Source of the DNA: Paecilomyces variotii | Lineage: Eukaryota | Assembly (NCBI GenBank): GCA_004022145.1 | Contig: RCNU01000015.1 | DNA length: 64,000 bases | Reading direction: 5' to 3' (one strand) | Shown here: positions 1-13,575 of the stretch, piece after piece | How the letters are laid out: every line of letters starts with the position of its first letter | Position numbering within the stretch: position 1 is the first letter of the stretch | Notes under the pieces: model-generated | The model's input: only the letters and a program-made list of their open reading frames with translations | Told to the model about the DNA's origin: nothing | The model's database searches: none | Position numbers and translations under genes: made by a program

Positions 1-622
1 ACGGGCAACGAGGAAGACGAGCTGCACTGGACGCCCAGCAAGATCACGCGGCGGTTGGGACTGGAGATCGCGAACGAGGAGTCGGTGCTGTACTGGGCGG
101 CGCGCAATGACATCCCGATCTTCTGCCCGGCCCTGACGGACGGATCGCTGGGCGACATGCTCTACTTCCACACATTCCGGTCATCGCCGGCGCAGATACG
201 CGTGGACATTGTGGAGGATGTGCGGCGGATCAACACAATGGCCGTGCGGGCGAAGCGGGCGGGCATGATCATCCTGGGCGGAGGCGTGGTGAAGCATCAC
301 ATTGCGAATGCGTGCCTGATGCGGAACGGGGCGGAGAGCGCGGTGTATATCAACACGGCGCAGGAGTTTGACGGCAGCGATGCGGGCGCGCGACCGGACG
401 AGGCCGTCAGCTGGGGCAAGATCAAGGCCAATGCGGAAAGTGTCAAGGTGAGTTAGATCTCTCTCTCTCTCTATAACTCTCTCTAGTTTTCTTTTGCGCC
501 TCTGTGTTAATTCTATCTCCGCCTGTCAGGTCTATGCGGAAGCAACGCTGGCCTTTCCGCTGATTGTCGCGGCGACCTTTGCACGAGCGGATGGCAGCAC
601 CCCGGAACCCACGAAGCATTGA
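1..622 (+). CDS. DYS1: Deoxyhypusine synthase, 3' part (5' end lies outside the window); exons <1-447 and 530-622
   Basis: Motifs [36 protein letters not shown] and [21 protein letters not shown]. Intron GTGAGT(448)..CAG(529), then [18 protein letters not shown] to TGA at 620-622. Confidence 0.96.
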
Positions 623-2147
623 GTCTGGCATATTTATTTATTTTCTTCTTCCTTCCGACTGAATCTACGACTGCTCTCCGGAACATGGCTGGACAGCCGG
701 AGTTCTCGAGTAGTCTACTCCAGAGTCTAGAAGGAGTCTCTCCTGGAGAGGAATCGCTAACTAACTACTGGGCCGCATATCCGCGGGCGGGGAGGCGGAG
801 TGGACAGCGCAGACGGGGACCTCCACTCCACTCTAGTCTAAAGAGACTCTATCTACCGGTCCCAATGCTCCCGCCCTGCAGCCTTACCATAGAGTAAGAT
901 GGAGTGTTAGTACACCGTGGCGGAGAGGGATTTTCATGCAGCGGCTGTCTGGAAGATGGGCAGTGGCACTGTCGATCGGAGCGAGAATCGGCCGTTCAAG
1001 CGGATGCTGCCAGTTCGGATTGCCACCTGGGATGCCGATCGGGGTGGCAACAACAGCACAACAGAACGGTTGTTTTTCTTTTTTTTTTTCTTTCTTTTTT
1101 TTTGTTTCTCTTTTGCCACGAGGAAAAGAAGACGCCGAAACAATTACCATAATGCCATGATCTGGATCTCCACCGATAAGAGACGATAAGGACCCACGCG
1201 GGGGATGATCCATGGGCGCGAAGAGCACGACACGGGCCTATGGGAGACACGAGAGGGGAATGGAATGGAAGAGATGAAAGGGATGGGATTATTATTGAGC
1301 ATAATTGATGCCTTCTTTTCCGGGCTTAATTGAACGAAGAGTCAGAGAGAAGAGAAGAAGAAGAAGAAGAAGAAAAAAACAACTCCTCCTCCAGATATAA
1401 TAAGTCACTGTTATTCCTGCAGTGACAGGTCAGCTCCGCCATCTGGACGTCTCTCATTGGCCGATTACCCAGTAGTCTCAGGGGTTCCAGTCAACAGCAA
1501 ACAGAGTCAGTCAGTCAGTTAATTATCATTATCATCATCATTATTATCATCGCACACAAACTGAACAGAAAAAGAAAAAGAAAACAACAACAACAACAAG
1601 AAAATCAGTTTCTTCTCCTAGATAGCCATTTGTTCCCATCCAGCGGTGTGCTCAAGGTCCACGCTTCACCGCATCCTCTCTCCTCTCTCTCTCTCTCCAG
1701 CCCAACAGGGCCAACTAGACTCTGCCGGGTTCGCCTCACTTGCCGCCCCTCTCCGCTGGTCCTGGCCTCGTTTCGTTTCGTCTACTGCCTTTTCTCTCTC
1801 TTTTCTTTTCTTTTCTTTTCTTTTCTTTCTTTCTTTTCGATTTCTCTCTTTCTTTCTTTCTGCCCTTCCAATCCCCTCGCATCTGGCCCGGTCCGCGTGG
1901 TGGTTCCCCCCGACTAGTTCAACCTGCTAAAAAGCTCCACGAGGCCGATCGATAAGATCCGGAGAGCTTCCCGCTTCCTGCTTATCGTTTGTTATCGCCC
2001 TCTCCTCCTCCACATCCGGGCCCACGTTCGTTGCCACCTTTCGTGCGGAACGGAGAACAGTCAAATAAATAAAAATTCTCATCTCCTTTCTTTCTTCTTC
2101 TGTTGCTTGCAGACTGGCCTCTATTGCCTGCTGCTGTGGTGGGCTCT

Positions 2148-2214
2148 GTGAGCCGTGGTGGATGCCTGCTGGTTTGTGCTGCCTGCTCCATCTGACACAT
2201 CCAGCCTCGTGTAG
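2148..2214 (+). other. Putative 5'UTR intron of the MATH/USP-like gene
   Basis: GTGAGC donor at 2148, CTGAC branch near 2192, GTAG acceptor at 2214; 67 nt; lies downstream of a CT-rich promoter tract. Confidence 0.55.
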
Positions 2215-2305
2215 AACTGCTCCCGTATAACGGCTGTTTGGACTCTTGTTCTTCGTCTCCCTCTCTTTCTCTCTTTCTCTCTCTCTGTGATTATTCCCAT
2301 CCACC

Positions 2306-5300
2306 ATGGATCCTCCCCAGAGTGACTCCCAGCTCCATCTCGAGCAGCCCCCGCCGGTGCTCACCCTCAGCGTGGACTCCCCCGACCACTCCGTACCTCA
2401 CATCTCGGCAGCTGCCTCACCCACGGAACCAGAAGACGTCTCTCGTGCCCAAACATCCACCATGCCGGACACTGGCATGTCTTCCATGGACGCCATGGAC
2501 ACCTCCGCCGACGATTCTCAAACTCAGACCACCGAGAGCCCTGAGCGTTCGTCCACCGCGGAGCCAGACGCCCATCAGACCCTCCCCGAGGAACCAACGC
2601 CCGCAGCTCCCCAACCCCCGGCGGAGGAAGAGGTCGAACACGCTTACTGGGCCGAGATCGAAGAGGATCACTCCGCCCCCGACGAGGCAGAGCTCAAGGA
2701 CATCGAGTCCGCTGATGGAGACTACAGTGCATTTGAATGTACGTGATTCAATCCCCTTCTTCTTTTTCCGAGGAAGAAGAATCCAAAAAGAGAGAAATAG
2801 AAAGCACTGACGGGCAACTAGATGATTACTGGGAGAAGTCCTTCTATCGCGAAGTCGATGATCCCGAGTTCCGTCCGGCGGAAAAGGCCCGTCTGACCTG
2901 GAAGATCAAGGGCGTCCGGGGCACCAAGGAGCGACCCAACCGGGCCAAGATCATGCGGTCCCCCGCCGCCTACATTGGAGGGTACTGGTGGACCATCAAG
3001 TTCTTTCCCCGGGGCAATAGTGTTGGCGCCCTCAGTATCTACATCGAATGCTCCCCCGACATGCCCAAGGCTGACAAGGAGCTGCCCGAAACGGAGTTCA
3101 AGGTCCTGCGCGGGGCCCCAGACGCCGTTCTCAGCGAGCAGAAACCCGAGTTCGAGATCAAGTTTCCTCGCCAGGACGATTCCAGCGCCTGGTTCGAGGA
3201 CTACAAGTCCCGTTACCCTATTCCTCCCTCAGAATCCTCCGCCTTGGACACCCCGGTGACAGGGGATGCTCCTTCTCCACAGGAGACCAACCCTAAGCGG
3301 GACTGGCGCGTGTCCGCCCAGATCGGTGTCATCCTCTACAATCCAGAGGAGCCCCGGACGGGCTGGATGCAGTCATCATGCCACCAGTTCAACCAGCACA
3401 ACCTGGACTGGGGGTGGACCAACTTCCACGGCCCCTGGGACAAGATCCATCAGCGCCAACGCGGCCAGCGCCAGGCACTGCTGCGCAATGATACCCTGGC
3501 CTTTGATGCCTACATCCGCGTCTTCGATGATCCGACTCAGTCGCTCTGGTGGCACTCCAGCGATTCAGAGCCCGTCTGGGACAGCCTCAGCCTAACAGGA
3601 TATCGTCCCATGGGCGACTCCGTCATCAACCACAGTGCTGAAGTGGCCGGGTTGGCGTCCTGGCTCTTCCTCGCCCCCTTCCGCAAGCTCCTGCAGAGTG
3701 TCGATGTGCTGGAACATTTCAGGGATGTCGACAAAAAGCCCAAGCCGCTCTGCGAAGCGCTGCAGAAATTCCTCTGGCTCATGCGGACCCAGCCCTCCTC
3801 GGCGCCGTGCATCCACACCGACGCCGTGACTGCCACCTTGCGCAACCTGCATGAATATTCGGGCGATGTGATGGAATTCTGGGAGCGACTACGCCGCAGT
3901 CTCGAACTTGAACTCGCTGGGACGGACGCGGCCAGGGAGTTTGCCCGACTCTTTGACAGTCCCGCCATCGACCCGACAGTGAACCGGCTCCCTTCAGGGG
4001 CTACCAACTCCCTGATTCGGGTTCCTGCCGACCAGGCCAAGACCGTTCAGGGCTCCTTGGACAAATACTTCTCCGCCAAACCTGGTCGCTGGTCGCTACC
4101 ACCCGTATTGCATGTGGAGCTAGGTCGCCAGCGGTTCGACAAGAGGACCCGTCAGTGGAAGCTGCTCTACGACCGCGTCGAGCCGGACGAAGTCCTCGAT
4201 CTCTCTTCCTATGTGGTGGAAGGCCAGTGCCCGCAGTACGACCTCTACGGGCTGGTCATCCATCGGGGCAGACGCACCTCGGGCAAGTTCTTCAGCATCC
4301 TCCGCCCTGGCGGCCCTGGCACCAGGTGGCTCGCCTTTGACGACGGCAGTGACAACCGCGTCGAGTGTTTGACTCGAAAGGCGGCGCTGGAGGCCCACAT
4401 TGGCCTCGATCCGACCAGATCCAAGGAGACGGAGAGCAAGACCATCCACGATGTCGCCGTGGTGGTCATGTACGTCCGCAAGGATGTGGTCCCGGAATTT
4501 TTGACCGGAAAGCCAGAGCCGTGGGACGTTGCTGCACCCGTCAAGAAGTACTTTGAAACAACGCAGGATCCTTATGTTGTGGACACTGATGACAAGAAAC
4601 CCGTCGACATCAATGTCGAGGTCTACTCGTTGCCGCGCTTCGACCAGCTACCCGACTTGTTCGACTCGTATGACCTGATGTCGCAGGCAAAGGCGACCAA
4701 CAATGTGATGTACATGACCGTACCGCACACGACCACCATAGCCGAGCTCAGGAAGAAGATCGCCCTTTGGAAGTCCAACGACACTGAGACGATCGCCACG
4801 GAACGAATTCGTCTCTGGCAGGTTGGACAGACCAAGGAGCTGTTCGGTCCCACCGTCCTGTTCAACCGAGTCGTCGACCTTGACGATTACTTCTTGCTCA
4901 AGACGGCGCGTCTGTGGATGCACGTGCTCTCAGAAGGTAAAAAAATGACTCTCATATTACTGCCACCTCCGTTGAATCATTGGAAGCTGGACTAACGGGT
5001 TCGTGTAGATGATGCCAAGCTCTTTGGTCTAGTTGATCCCCCGGCTGCTTCCAATGTCTGCGAGGACAAGCCGGAAGAAACTGTCCAGGAACGAGCGGGA
5101 TCGGAGTCCTCCGACGACAGAGAACATTCTCCCGCAACGGAGGATCGCACTCCGGATCCCAACAGTACCCCCAGAGCTGCAGATGATGAAGAGGTGTCGG
5201 CTGTGCCCGCCGAGCGGCAGACAGGAGAAGCAGCTCCTCAGAGCTCAGAGGAGCAATCGACGGACGCCAATATGGATGATATTATGGCCGCTAATGTCGA

Positions 5301-6396
5301 AGCTGTCGCAGCCGTCATTGCCGGTGATATCCAGGAAATGGATGCCGAGCCTACACCACCAGCGACCTCGCAGGCCGACGACGGTGATCTAATCCCGCCA
5401 GAGGACCTGGTCATGGAAGATTCCCAGGCACCAGGTGTTGCCGAGCGAGAGCGCACCGACAATGCTACACCAGCCAGACCCGCAGCGGCTCTTCCAGTGC
5501 CGCACGTCTACTACTTCATCCAAGTCTTCGATATGAAGCAGCAGATTCTGCGCACGGTGGGCTCGTATGTCTCGCGGATGGAGGACAATATCAGATCGGC
5601 CCTGCGGACGCACCTTCGATGGACTGAAAATAAGGACTTCCTTGTCTGGCAGCGCATCGATGGGACGACCGTCTCTGCTGTGTCTCCAGCTGATACCTTT
5701 GAGGCCCCCGTCCACGATGGCACGTGCTTCATTGTCGGAGACCGACTGAGCAAGGACCAGTATGTTTTTGAGAAATCCATATCGCCTTTTCTCGACGCAA
5801 AAACTAACAATGAGAGCAGACGTTCCGAGCTTGGTGCTGCTGGCTCTTTTGCCAACCCCGATCGCCTCGTGCAGTACTTGTGGGCGTCGTCCCGGCGCCA
5901 TCCAACTCGCGCTTTCACCGGCACCAAAACCATTGATGCCGGGTTCAGCGGGGACTACTACAGTGGTGACTTCAACAAGGGCTACTACCACGGCAAGGGC
6001 ACCCATATCTCGGATTCGGGAGCCACCTATGTCGGCGACTTCATTTTCGGCCTGCGTCACGGTAGCGGCACGATGGAATATCCATCGGGCGACACGTACT
6101 CTGGCGATTGGGTCGAGGACCAGCGCCACGGCCAAGGTACCTTCATTGAGCGCAAGACCGGTAACAAGTACGTCGGCGGGTACCGTGATGGCAAGCGTCA
6201 CGGCAAAGGTATCAGCTACTGGGAGGTTGCCGATGAAGAAATGGACCTCTGCCAGATCTGCTACGGCGAAGAGCAGGACGCATTGTTCTACGACTGCGGC
6301 CACGTCTGCGCCTGCGTCGCGTGTGCCCGCCAGGTCGACACCTGTCCCATCTGCAGGAAGAATGTCATCAGCGTGGTTAAGATTTATAGGACTTGA
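2306..6396 (+). CDS. MATH + degenerate USP/UCH + MORN repeats + C-terminal RING finger protein; introns 2739-2821, 4937-5008, 5760-5819
   Basis: MATH motifs (IGGYWWTIKFFPRGN, DWGWTNF), USP-like C-lobe (YDLYGLVIH..WLAFDD), MORN repeats (YSGDFNKGYYHGKG, YVGDFIFGLRHGSG, YSGDWVEDQRHGQG) and a C3HC4 RING (CQIC..CGH.CAC..C..CPIC). The splice phases join the ORFs in frame. Confidence 0.9.
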
Positions 6397-6941
6397 TTTT
6401 GGGGATGACGTTGAACGTATATAAATAACTGTCGGACATCGGTCTTGCGTGTGAGATATTCTTTGTGGACATGTCTATTTGGCCTTTTTATTTTCCCATT
6501 CGTGCCCTGGCAAGAATGGCATTGGATTTCATTTAGAACACATACCCCGGGTTACATTAGGCTACAGGTTAGGATAGGAGAGGACATTTTGGAGTTGAAT
6601 CTACTTTATACTTTACATATTTTTCTACGGTTTACCTGCTTCAACCAAACGCTGCTGGCATTTCAATAGATTTTCTGTATGCATCGTCCTCGCGTTGAAT
6701 ATCAAAACAGGCCATCTGACTCGGCCGATACAAGTATCGCTATCTATGGCGTTCTAACGCGGTCGGAATTCGCCCGAAACCCCGAACAGAGAATCTCCAG
6801 ATGCAAAACAAAGCGTCGATCTTTCTCCATTATCCCACTAGAGCGAGACTGGGGTAAATAAATCCGGGGGCCCCGCATCTGAAGATGTGGAGAGCAAGAC
6901 CGCCTCGGCCATTGTCCGAGCTGGACACATGGAGAGTAGGC

Positions 6942-6977
6942 AGTAGTAGTAGTGGTGGTGGTGGTGGTGGTAGTAGT
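6942..6977. repeat. Compound (TAG)n(TGG)n(TAG)n microsatellite
   Basis: agtagtagtagtggtggtggtggtggtggtagtagt read directly. Confidence 0.85.
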
Positions 6978-7084
6978 ACAGGAGGTTCTTCTGGAGAGTG
7001 TCCCCTTTACAGTGATCCAGTATCTGCGTATTAACAGGCGGAGTGTCTGGTATTCCATTCTCAATTTCACTAATAGGAGATAAC

Positions 7085-9262
7085 ATGGGGGAAGAAACAT
7101 TCAAAGACGATGTCGAGCACCTCGAAAGCAGCCCGCAGGCGGAGTCAACAGAAGACATCTTCCGTCGTAAGTCCTGCTACATTCGAATTTCTATAATCTA
7201 CTTCAAGAGTTCTTCGCATTCTGACTATATCATATCACATTGACAGCGGAAGCACCATTCGCCAAGTATATCCCCGGCGGATACTCACCTTCACGATGTC
7301 TCAGACTCAAAGGGAGACCGATGACATATGCCATCTTCGTATTTGCCGGTTGTGCCATTACCTTCTTCGGATACGATACGGCGGTGATGAGCCAGGTCAA
7401 CAATAATTCAGACTATCAGCAACGGATGGGCTTTGCGAATGGCACTGACCGGGATGCTGCGGCCATTGGAGGAATGGTCAGCTTGTGGTTTGCTGGTTTT
7501 GCCATTGGTATGTACTGGAGTCCGGCCCTTTATGATTGTTTTTTTCTATGTCATAGATTGGGATACTAAGCTGCCGTCTCCAGGTGCTCTCCTGGTCGGG
7601 TATACCGCAGATGCAATTGGCCGTTTGAAGACTATCCAGATCGGATGCATCTGGGGCATCCTGGGAGCCGCTTTACTGGCGTCCGCGCAGAATATCACCT
7701 GGCTCTCCTTTGCTCGTGTGATCAGCGGTATTGGCTGTGGCTATCTCAACACGACGGTTCCAGTCTGGACATCTGAACTGGCCGATCCGCATCTTCGCGG
7801 CGCTTTCGTTGCTGTGCAGTTTACTCTCGCGATGGTTGGATCTGCCATGTAAGTTTCAACCTCTTTCGATACATTTCTATAATAGCTCCTAGCCTAATAG
7901 ACCTTTCCCCCAAGTGTATACTGGATGGAATTCGCCTGCGTAAAAACACGCACTCTATCCTTCGCATGGCGCTTTCCTCTCGGTTTCCAAATGCTATTCC
8001 TCCTTCTCATCCTCGCCGCAGCTCCCTTCTACCCCGAATCGCCCCGATATCTCGCAAAGACCGGAAACCTCACGGGAGCTCGAGAAGTCCTCAACCGGTG
8101 CCGAATGGACAGCAACCCGGAGAAAATCACCAAGGAAATGGACGAGATCATCCTCGCCATCCGCGCCGAAGCCTCCTCCTCGACCTCAGCCAGTTTCTAC
8201 AGCATGCTCTTCAAAAAGGATAAACTACACACTCGACGTCGAGTCCTCCTCGGCGCGGGCGTACAGATCATGCAGAAATGTACCGGAATCGACTTCATCA
8301 GCGTCTACGCACCGAACATGTTCGCCTTATCTGGATTCAAGGGCGATAAGCCCGCCCTCCTAGCCGGGGGGAATTGGTTCGGATATATCGCCAGTTTGGC
8401 CCTGTCCATCTATCTCTGCGACCATGTTGGTCGGCGCAAAATGATGCTGATCGGATGCTCGCTTATGGGCATCGTGCTCATCATCGGTGGGGTCCTGTCT
8501 CATGAAACAGTGTTGAATACCACCGTCGAACCAGCCAAAGCGAGCAAGTTTGGCGCAGGCGTCGCTACTATTTTATACATCTATATTTTCATCTACGGCA
8601 GTACGTGGCTGACAACATGGTACGTTGCACACCCCCGTCCCCGTCCCCTTCCCCGAATCTCAGCATCTTGTCTTCTCAATCCGAACCCCTGCTAGGATTA
8701 TATTCTATTATACCATCCTAGATAATACATGACATACAATATACTAACAAACAGACACAAAGCTGGGTCTACCCAACCGAAGTCTTCCCCCTCGCCAGCC
8801 GCAGCAAAGGCGCCGCACTAGCCACCGTCGCATTCTCCCTGGCCGGCGGAACCATTAACGAAATCATCCCGTACCTGATCGACGCGATTGGATTCTGGAT
8901 CTTTATCCTCTTTGCCCTAGTGTATCTGACCATGTTGGTGCCGATTTACTTATTTTACATTGGTGAGATTCCATTCTGTTTTTCTTTGCACTCTTATTTC
9001 TAGTTACCTAGCTTTTTCCTCCGGTATTCCGTGGTGATATATATATATATATAGATAATATTACTAACGGATTGATTGATGCTTAGAAACGGCAAATAGA
9101 CATCTTGAACAACTCGACGTTCTGTTCTCGAGCGAGAGCTGCTTGGCATGGCGGGCCGAAAGGGAATATGCCAGAAAAACACAGGAAGGCCTGGAAGATT
9201 TGACTGTTATGGCGAAGCAGGCAGAGGGAGGAGCTGACGAGAAAGGACAGTCTGAGGTGTGA
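7085..9262 (+). CDS. MFS sugar porter (STL1-like); 6 exons
   Basis: Motifs FFGYDTAVMS, ADAIGRLK, VPVWTSELA..LRG, WRFPL, PESPRYL, DHVGRRK, WVYPTEVFPL..RSKG and ETANRHLEQLD. Introns at about 7167-7246, 7508-7583, 7849-7914, 8620-8762 and 8964-9086; TGA at 9260-9262. Confidence 0.92.
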
Positions 9263-9692
9263 ACTGGTAGGAAATAGCAAATACCGGAGGCCGGGCTAAG
9301 TACTATAGCTCCAAGCTTGTACACGCTTATACATAATGGATTTCAGCGTTCTTACGTATTTTGGTTGGATTCTTCGAGAGATCATAGTCCATTCCTATCC
9401 ACTCGTTGCCATCCGCCGAATTTAATACCGCAACAATGAAACGAAAAGACAAATGAGAAACAAAGTCCGTCCGAGATGATATGTGGTGGTATCTTTAGTA
9501 TACGATAACAAGGAGTGCACATGAAGCGCTACAAGAAGCGCAACGTCATTCAATCGTCAATTCAATCAGTCATTAAAGGAGCTCGTGAGTGAGCTCGAGC
9601 AGACCGGGAAGTCGGATGGTCCTCACAGGAGAGCATATAAACATTACTGAATAGATGCTTGCAAGTCTCGAATATCTCTGGGTCGACCAGCT

Positions 9693-12629
9693 TCACATGA
9701 CAATGCAGTCCTTGTTCTTGTCGTCCTTGTTCTTGTCCTTCGATCTCTCCGGGACTGCCAAGGTCATCATCCCGCCAGGTATGACTCTACCACGCTGACT
9801 CCGTGTCCTTCTAACGTCTTGGTCCGGAAGATAAGGCGGAGAGAGGTTCGGATTGGAAGAGGACGTCTCGTGGTGGGGGCTTCCAGGAGGCGGCACATAT
9901 GCTGGGCCGTTAGCAGCTTGCTCATAGGAAGGAGGAGGGGCATCATCAGCACCATCAACAGGACGGTTAACGGCTGCAGCATAGTTACGGGGAGGTATAT
10001 GTGGCCGGTTATCCTGACTACGTGACGTAGCATGGCCGCGTGCAGCGGATGCATAGCGGCTTGCACCGCTGATACTGCTCGAAGAGCGACCATGGACACT
10101 CGCCGACTGTGCGTGCGAGAGGGGGGCCGAGGCACGCCGGTGGTTCTTGTCAGCTGTTCGATCGCTCTCGCGTTGGGCCTCCTCCTGGAACTGGAGCGAG
10201 AGGGCATAGGCATAATCTGCATCAGTCTGCTCCTGCGAAGGTGTATGTTGCTGGCCTGACCGACGACTGGCATCACTCCTGGTTCCCCTGTGACCTCTAG
10301 AGGTCGATCCACTTGGAGCATGACCGACAGGGCGAAAGTCCCCTGAGAAGAATTCCGTGTTAGAGCCGTTGACATCCACCAGAGACTCCCAGACGATCTC
10401 AGCGTGATTCGCATATCCAGCATCTGTTACCAAAGTGAAGAGTCTATGTGTCTTGGGATGCTTGTAAAGAGTCGAAAAATGATCGTTGCGGAACAGAATC
10501 GAAATCGAGCCTGGCGCAAGATGCGCGGTGAGATGATCCAATCCGAAACCGCTGAGCTGAGTGGCATTCTCGACATCAACAAAGTAAAGAATGCTGTGAA
10601 TGTCATTCATCAGCTGCTCCTCTTCCGGAGTGATCGAACCCCCGCGGCAAACACGATCTTCGATCTCTTCCTTACGAAATTGAAGCAATTGTATGTCCTC
10701 GTGGTACTGCGCCACCCTGGTGAGCGCTGTATGTACTTCGCTAGAAGGTGATGCAAGCCAGCCATGTATCAGCGGCACTTTGAATGTGCCATAAAGCCGA
10801 ATGTCATTCGTCTCATAAAACGAGCCAGCCGCATTCTCCGATTCCTACACACGTCAGAGTGAACCAACAAGACGATGATCATAAGGACTTACCAATGTCA
10901 GGCGGGGGTTAACGTTCATTCCAGTGTCAAGCATCGTGAGAAACAGACTTAGAGCCTCTATATCAGGGAGTTCTTCATCCGGTGCAAGGCACGTTGTAAG
11001 CTCATCAAATAATGCTTGAATGAGTAGCCCAAGCGAGATCTGTTCTCTTGTTTGTAAAGCCTTGACAATTGGCGTTCCAGCATTTCTATCCGCCCGCAGT
11101 ACGAGGCTGTTAACTAAAGCGAGTAGTGGACATGGTCCGTTCTCATTCTGCACCAAGACAGGAGATTTTCGCAGCTTTCCCGTGTTATCAGTCCAGTTGA
11201 CATGCCGGATTGCATATGTCTCAGATCGTTTCTCCATCTCTCTTGCGAGATCAGCTTCTGAAGGAGCGGTGGCTGCTGCTGCTTCTGGCCGTGGAGGCAT
11301 TGGAGGAGCTTTTGGCTCATTTGCTTCTGGATTCTCCAATGGGTCACTGTCTAGCAATGACACTGGCTGCTTCCCGGAAGATACAGTATCATCCCGTGAT
11401 TTTCCATCGCCCATGCTGGGTTTCGGTGTTGCGGCGGTCTGAGAGGTGCTGGCCTGCATCTGGGAACTTCCTGTGGTGTCATCGTATTCCAGAAGGTCCT
11501 GGGAGGAATCACGCGTTGCGTCGGAGACGGTGGCGGAGGGAATATTCGTCCAGCTCTCGGCACCTTGTGGTTCGTAATCCGGCTGTTTACCCTGAGCCAC
11601 ACTGTAGACATCCCGGTTCACCCCGGGAGTTGGGGCATCGGCCGAAGAAACTTGCCCCTGCAGGTCTGCATGAGGATCATACATTGGGCCTTCAGGGGGA
11701 TTCACCGCATGGGGAATCGAATCGAACGTTTCAGGTGACCAGACCGCAGCTGGATCCTCGCCAACAGGCTGAGGGGGGAGACCTGTCTGTAATGGCTGCG
11801 ACGGCGGCTCTCCATTGCTTCCCGGATGTTGTTCGCCCCATGGGGACTCATGTTCTGGTTCATCAAACAGCGACAGACGTGCAGTCATAGGAATAAAACC
11901 TTCGCCTGCGAGTTGTCAGCACAAGTTGGGACCTCTGGGGGAACACCACATACTCTCGCTAACCCTGTGGCCGGGATAGCCTTGACCTGCATTGTCAGGC
12001 CATGGAGCTTGCTGGTGTGCTCCCTCCGTAGGCACAGGCCGAGCCGTATAGTCCTCCCACGGATTGTATTCCTGCCGCGCTCTGAGAAAAGGATTGTTAG
12101 ACTGCAATTGCTGCGGCGCTGATTCTGCTCTTGTATGTAATGGGGATGTTCCATATACTGGACCTGACTGCGGTCCTTCCGCAGCTTGTCTCCGCTGGGT
12201 GCTTTCCGTGACAATAGGAGGAACCCGATGCACTCCGGTCCTGTTTTCCGCCGCGGGTCCTTGTGCAGCTGGAGAAACGTCCGCTCGCGAACTTGATGAC
12301 TTTGGATCCTGTTCTGGTTTCTCGACCAGCTCTTCTGCCCATGGATTCTGGGGCTCATTGAATGGGGCCCCCACGGGGGACCGCTGAGCTTGATCCAGCG
12401 TCATGAGGTCGAACGCAGGCGACGTATTCAGGTCCGGTGAATACACAGACTGGGGAGCGGAGCTCAGAGGCGTCTGAGAAGCACTGCGAGCCCGGCCACG
12501 TGTGAAACGACCAGATGAGGAGGGTGAGGAGGCAGCTACAGTAGCAGACGCTGAAGATCGCTGCTCCAATCGACCATCTCCCCGGTCGGGGGCTTCGATA
12601 CCGGGTGGAGGAGGTTTGCGCAAGACCAT
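9693..12629 (-). CDS. MINDY-family (DUF544, Miy1-like) deubiquitinase; introns 11906-11953 and 10845-10892
   Basis: Catalytic QNENGPCPLLAL (Cys) and LFRNDHFSTLYK (His); LVTDAGY..VWESL; MIU-like DADYAYALSLQ; C-terminal CIVM. Confidence 0.92.
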
Positions 12630-13575
12630 GGAGAAGATGCCGTGCGGTAGTCCGTCAAGCGTAGACGAGGGTGGCAGACAATTGTATCAGGGCCCCCGTC
12701 ATCAGTATTCCCTCAGTCCTCCGTATAGGCGCGAGATAGTTGGTCAACTTCAGGCACGGCGAAGCTCTGGCGGAATGGCCTCCCGCTGAAGTGCAGTCGG
12801 CCCGTAATATCCTGCTGCCTGGACCACCAAACCGAGGCCAGTGTCCCACGAAAGAAATTGAGGCGAAATAGCTTCTGTCCCAAAGTGCGATCTCGATGCA
12901 CTCGTTCGTTGCTCAGGTATACGTAACCCCAAGACGTTCGTCGCTGGATGGCGTACGCGGCTAGCTCAGGTACAGTACGTACTTGCTGGAAGCTCCAGTC
13001 GTCGTGACCATCCGTCAACAATCATGGACGGGAACGAGGCCGATATATGTCGATGGGGAACTAACCTCACCGACAGTCTGTCTGGATCTCAATCTGCCTC
13101 GAATCAACGACGAGGCAGACACGAGAGTTGCTGTCGACAATATTAAATGGCGATGTGCAACCGGCTGCCTGCCGATGCAGCTGAAATCCTGTTTCAGTAC
13201 CGTCGCGAGAAAACGCCCGGTATCGTCGGTATCGTCGGTATCATACGTATCGTACTGTCACACGAGCGGTGTGACATCACACGCGGTGGGACAGCGGACT
13301 ATCTGTTGTTCCGGAGGGACGCCGGAGTTATCCCGGATTAATGTAGATCCGGATATTCCCCTTTGGGAAAGACAGCTCCCGGTGGTCTGTGCGTATCCGA
13401 GAGGAAAGAAAGAGAGCACGAAAAGTTCAAGAGACCGCAGAGAAGGACATTGGAGACGTCGCCTCTGGTCTCGTGTGTTTTTTTTTTCTCTTTTCTACTA
13501 TTTCCTACTTATCAATCCGACCTGGGAAAGGCATGATTTGAACTGTCTCTTCTTTCCCTTACCGGCTGCGTCACC

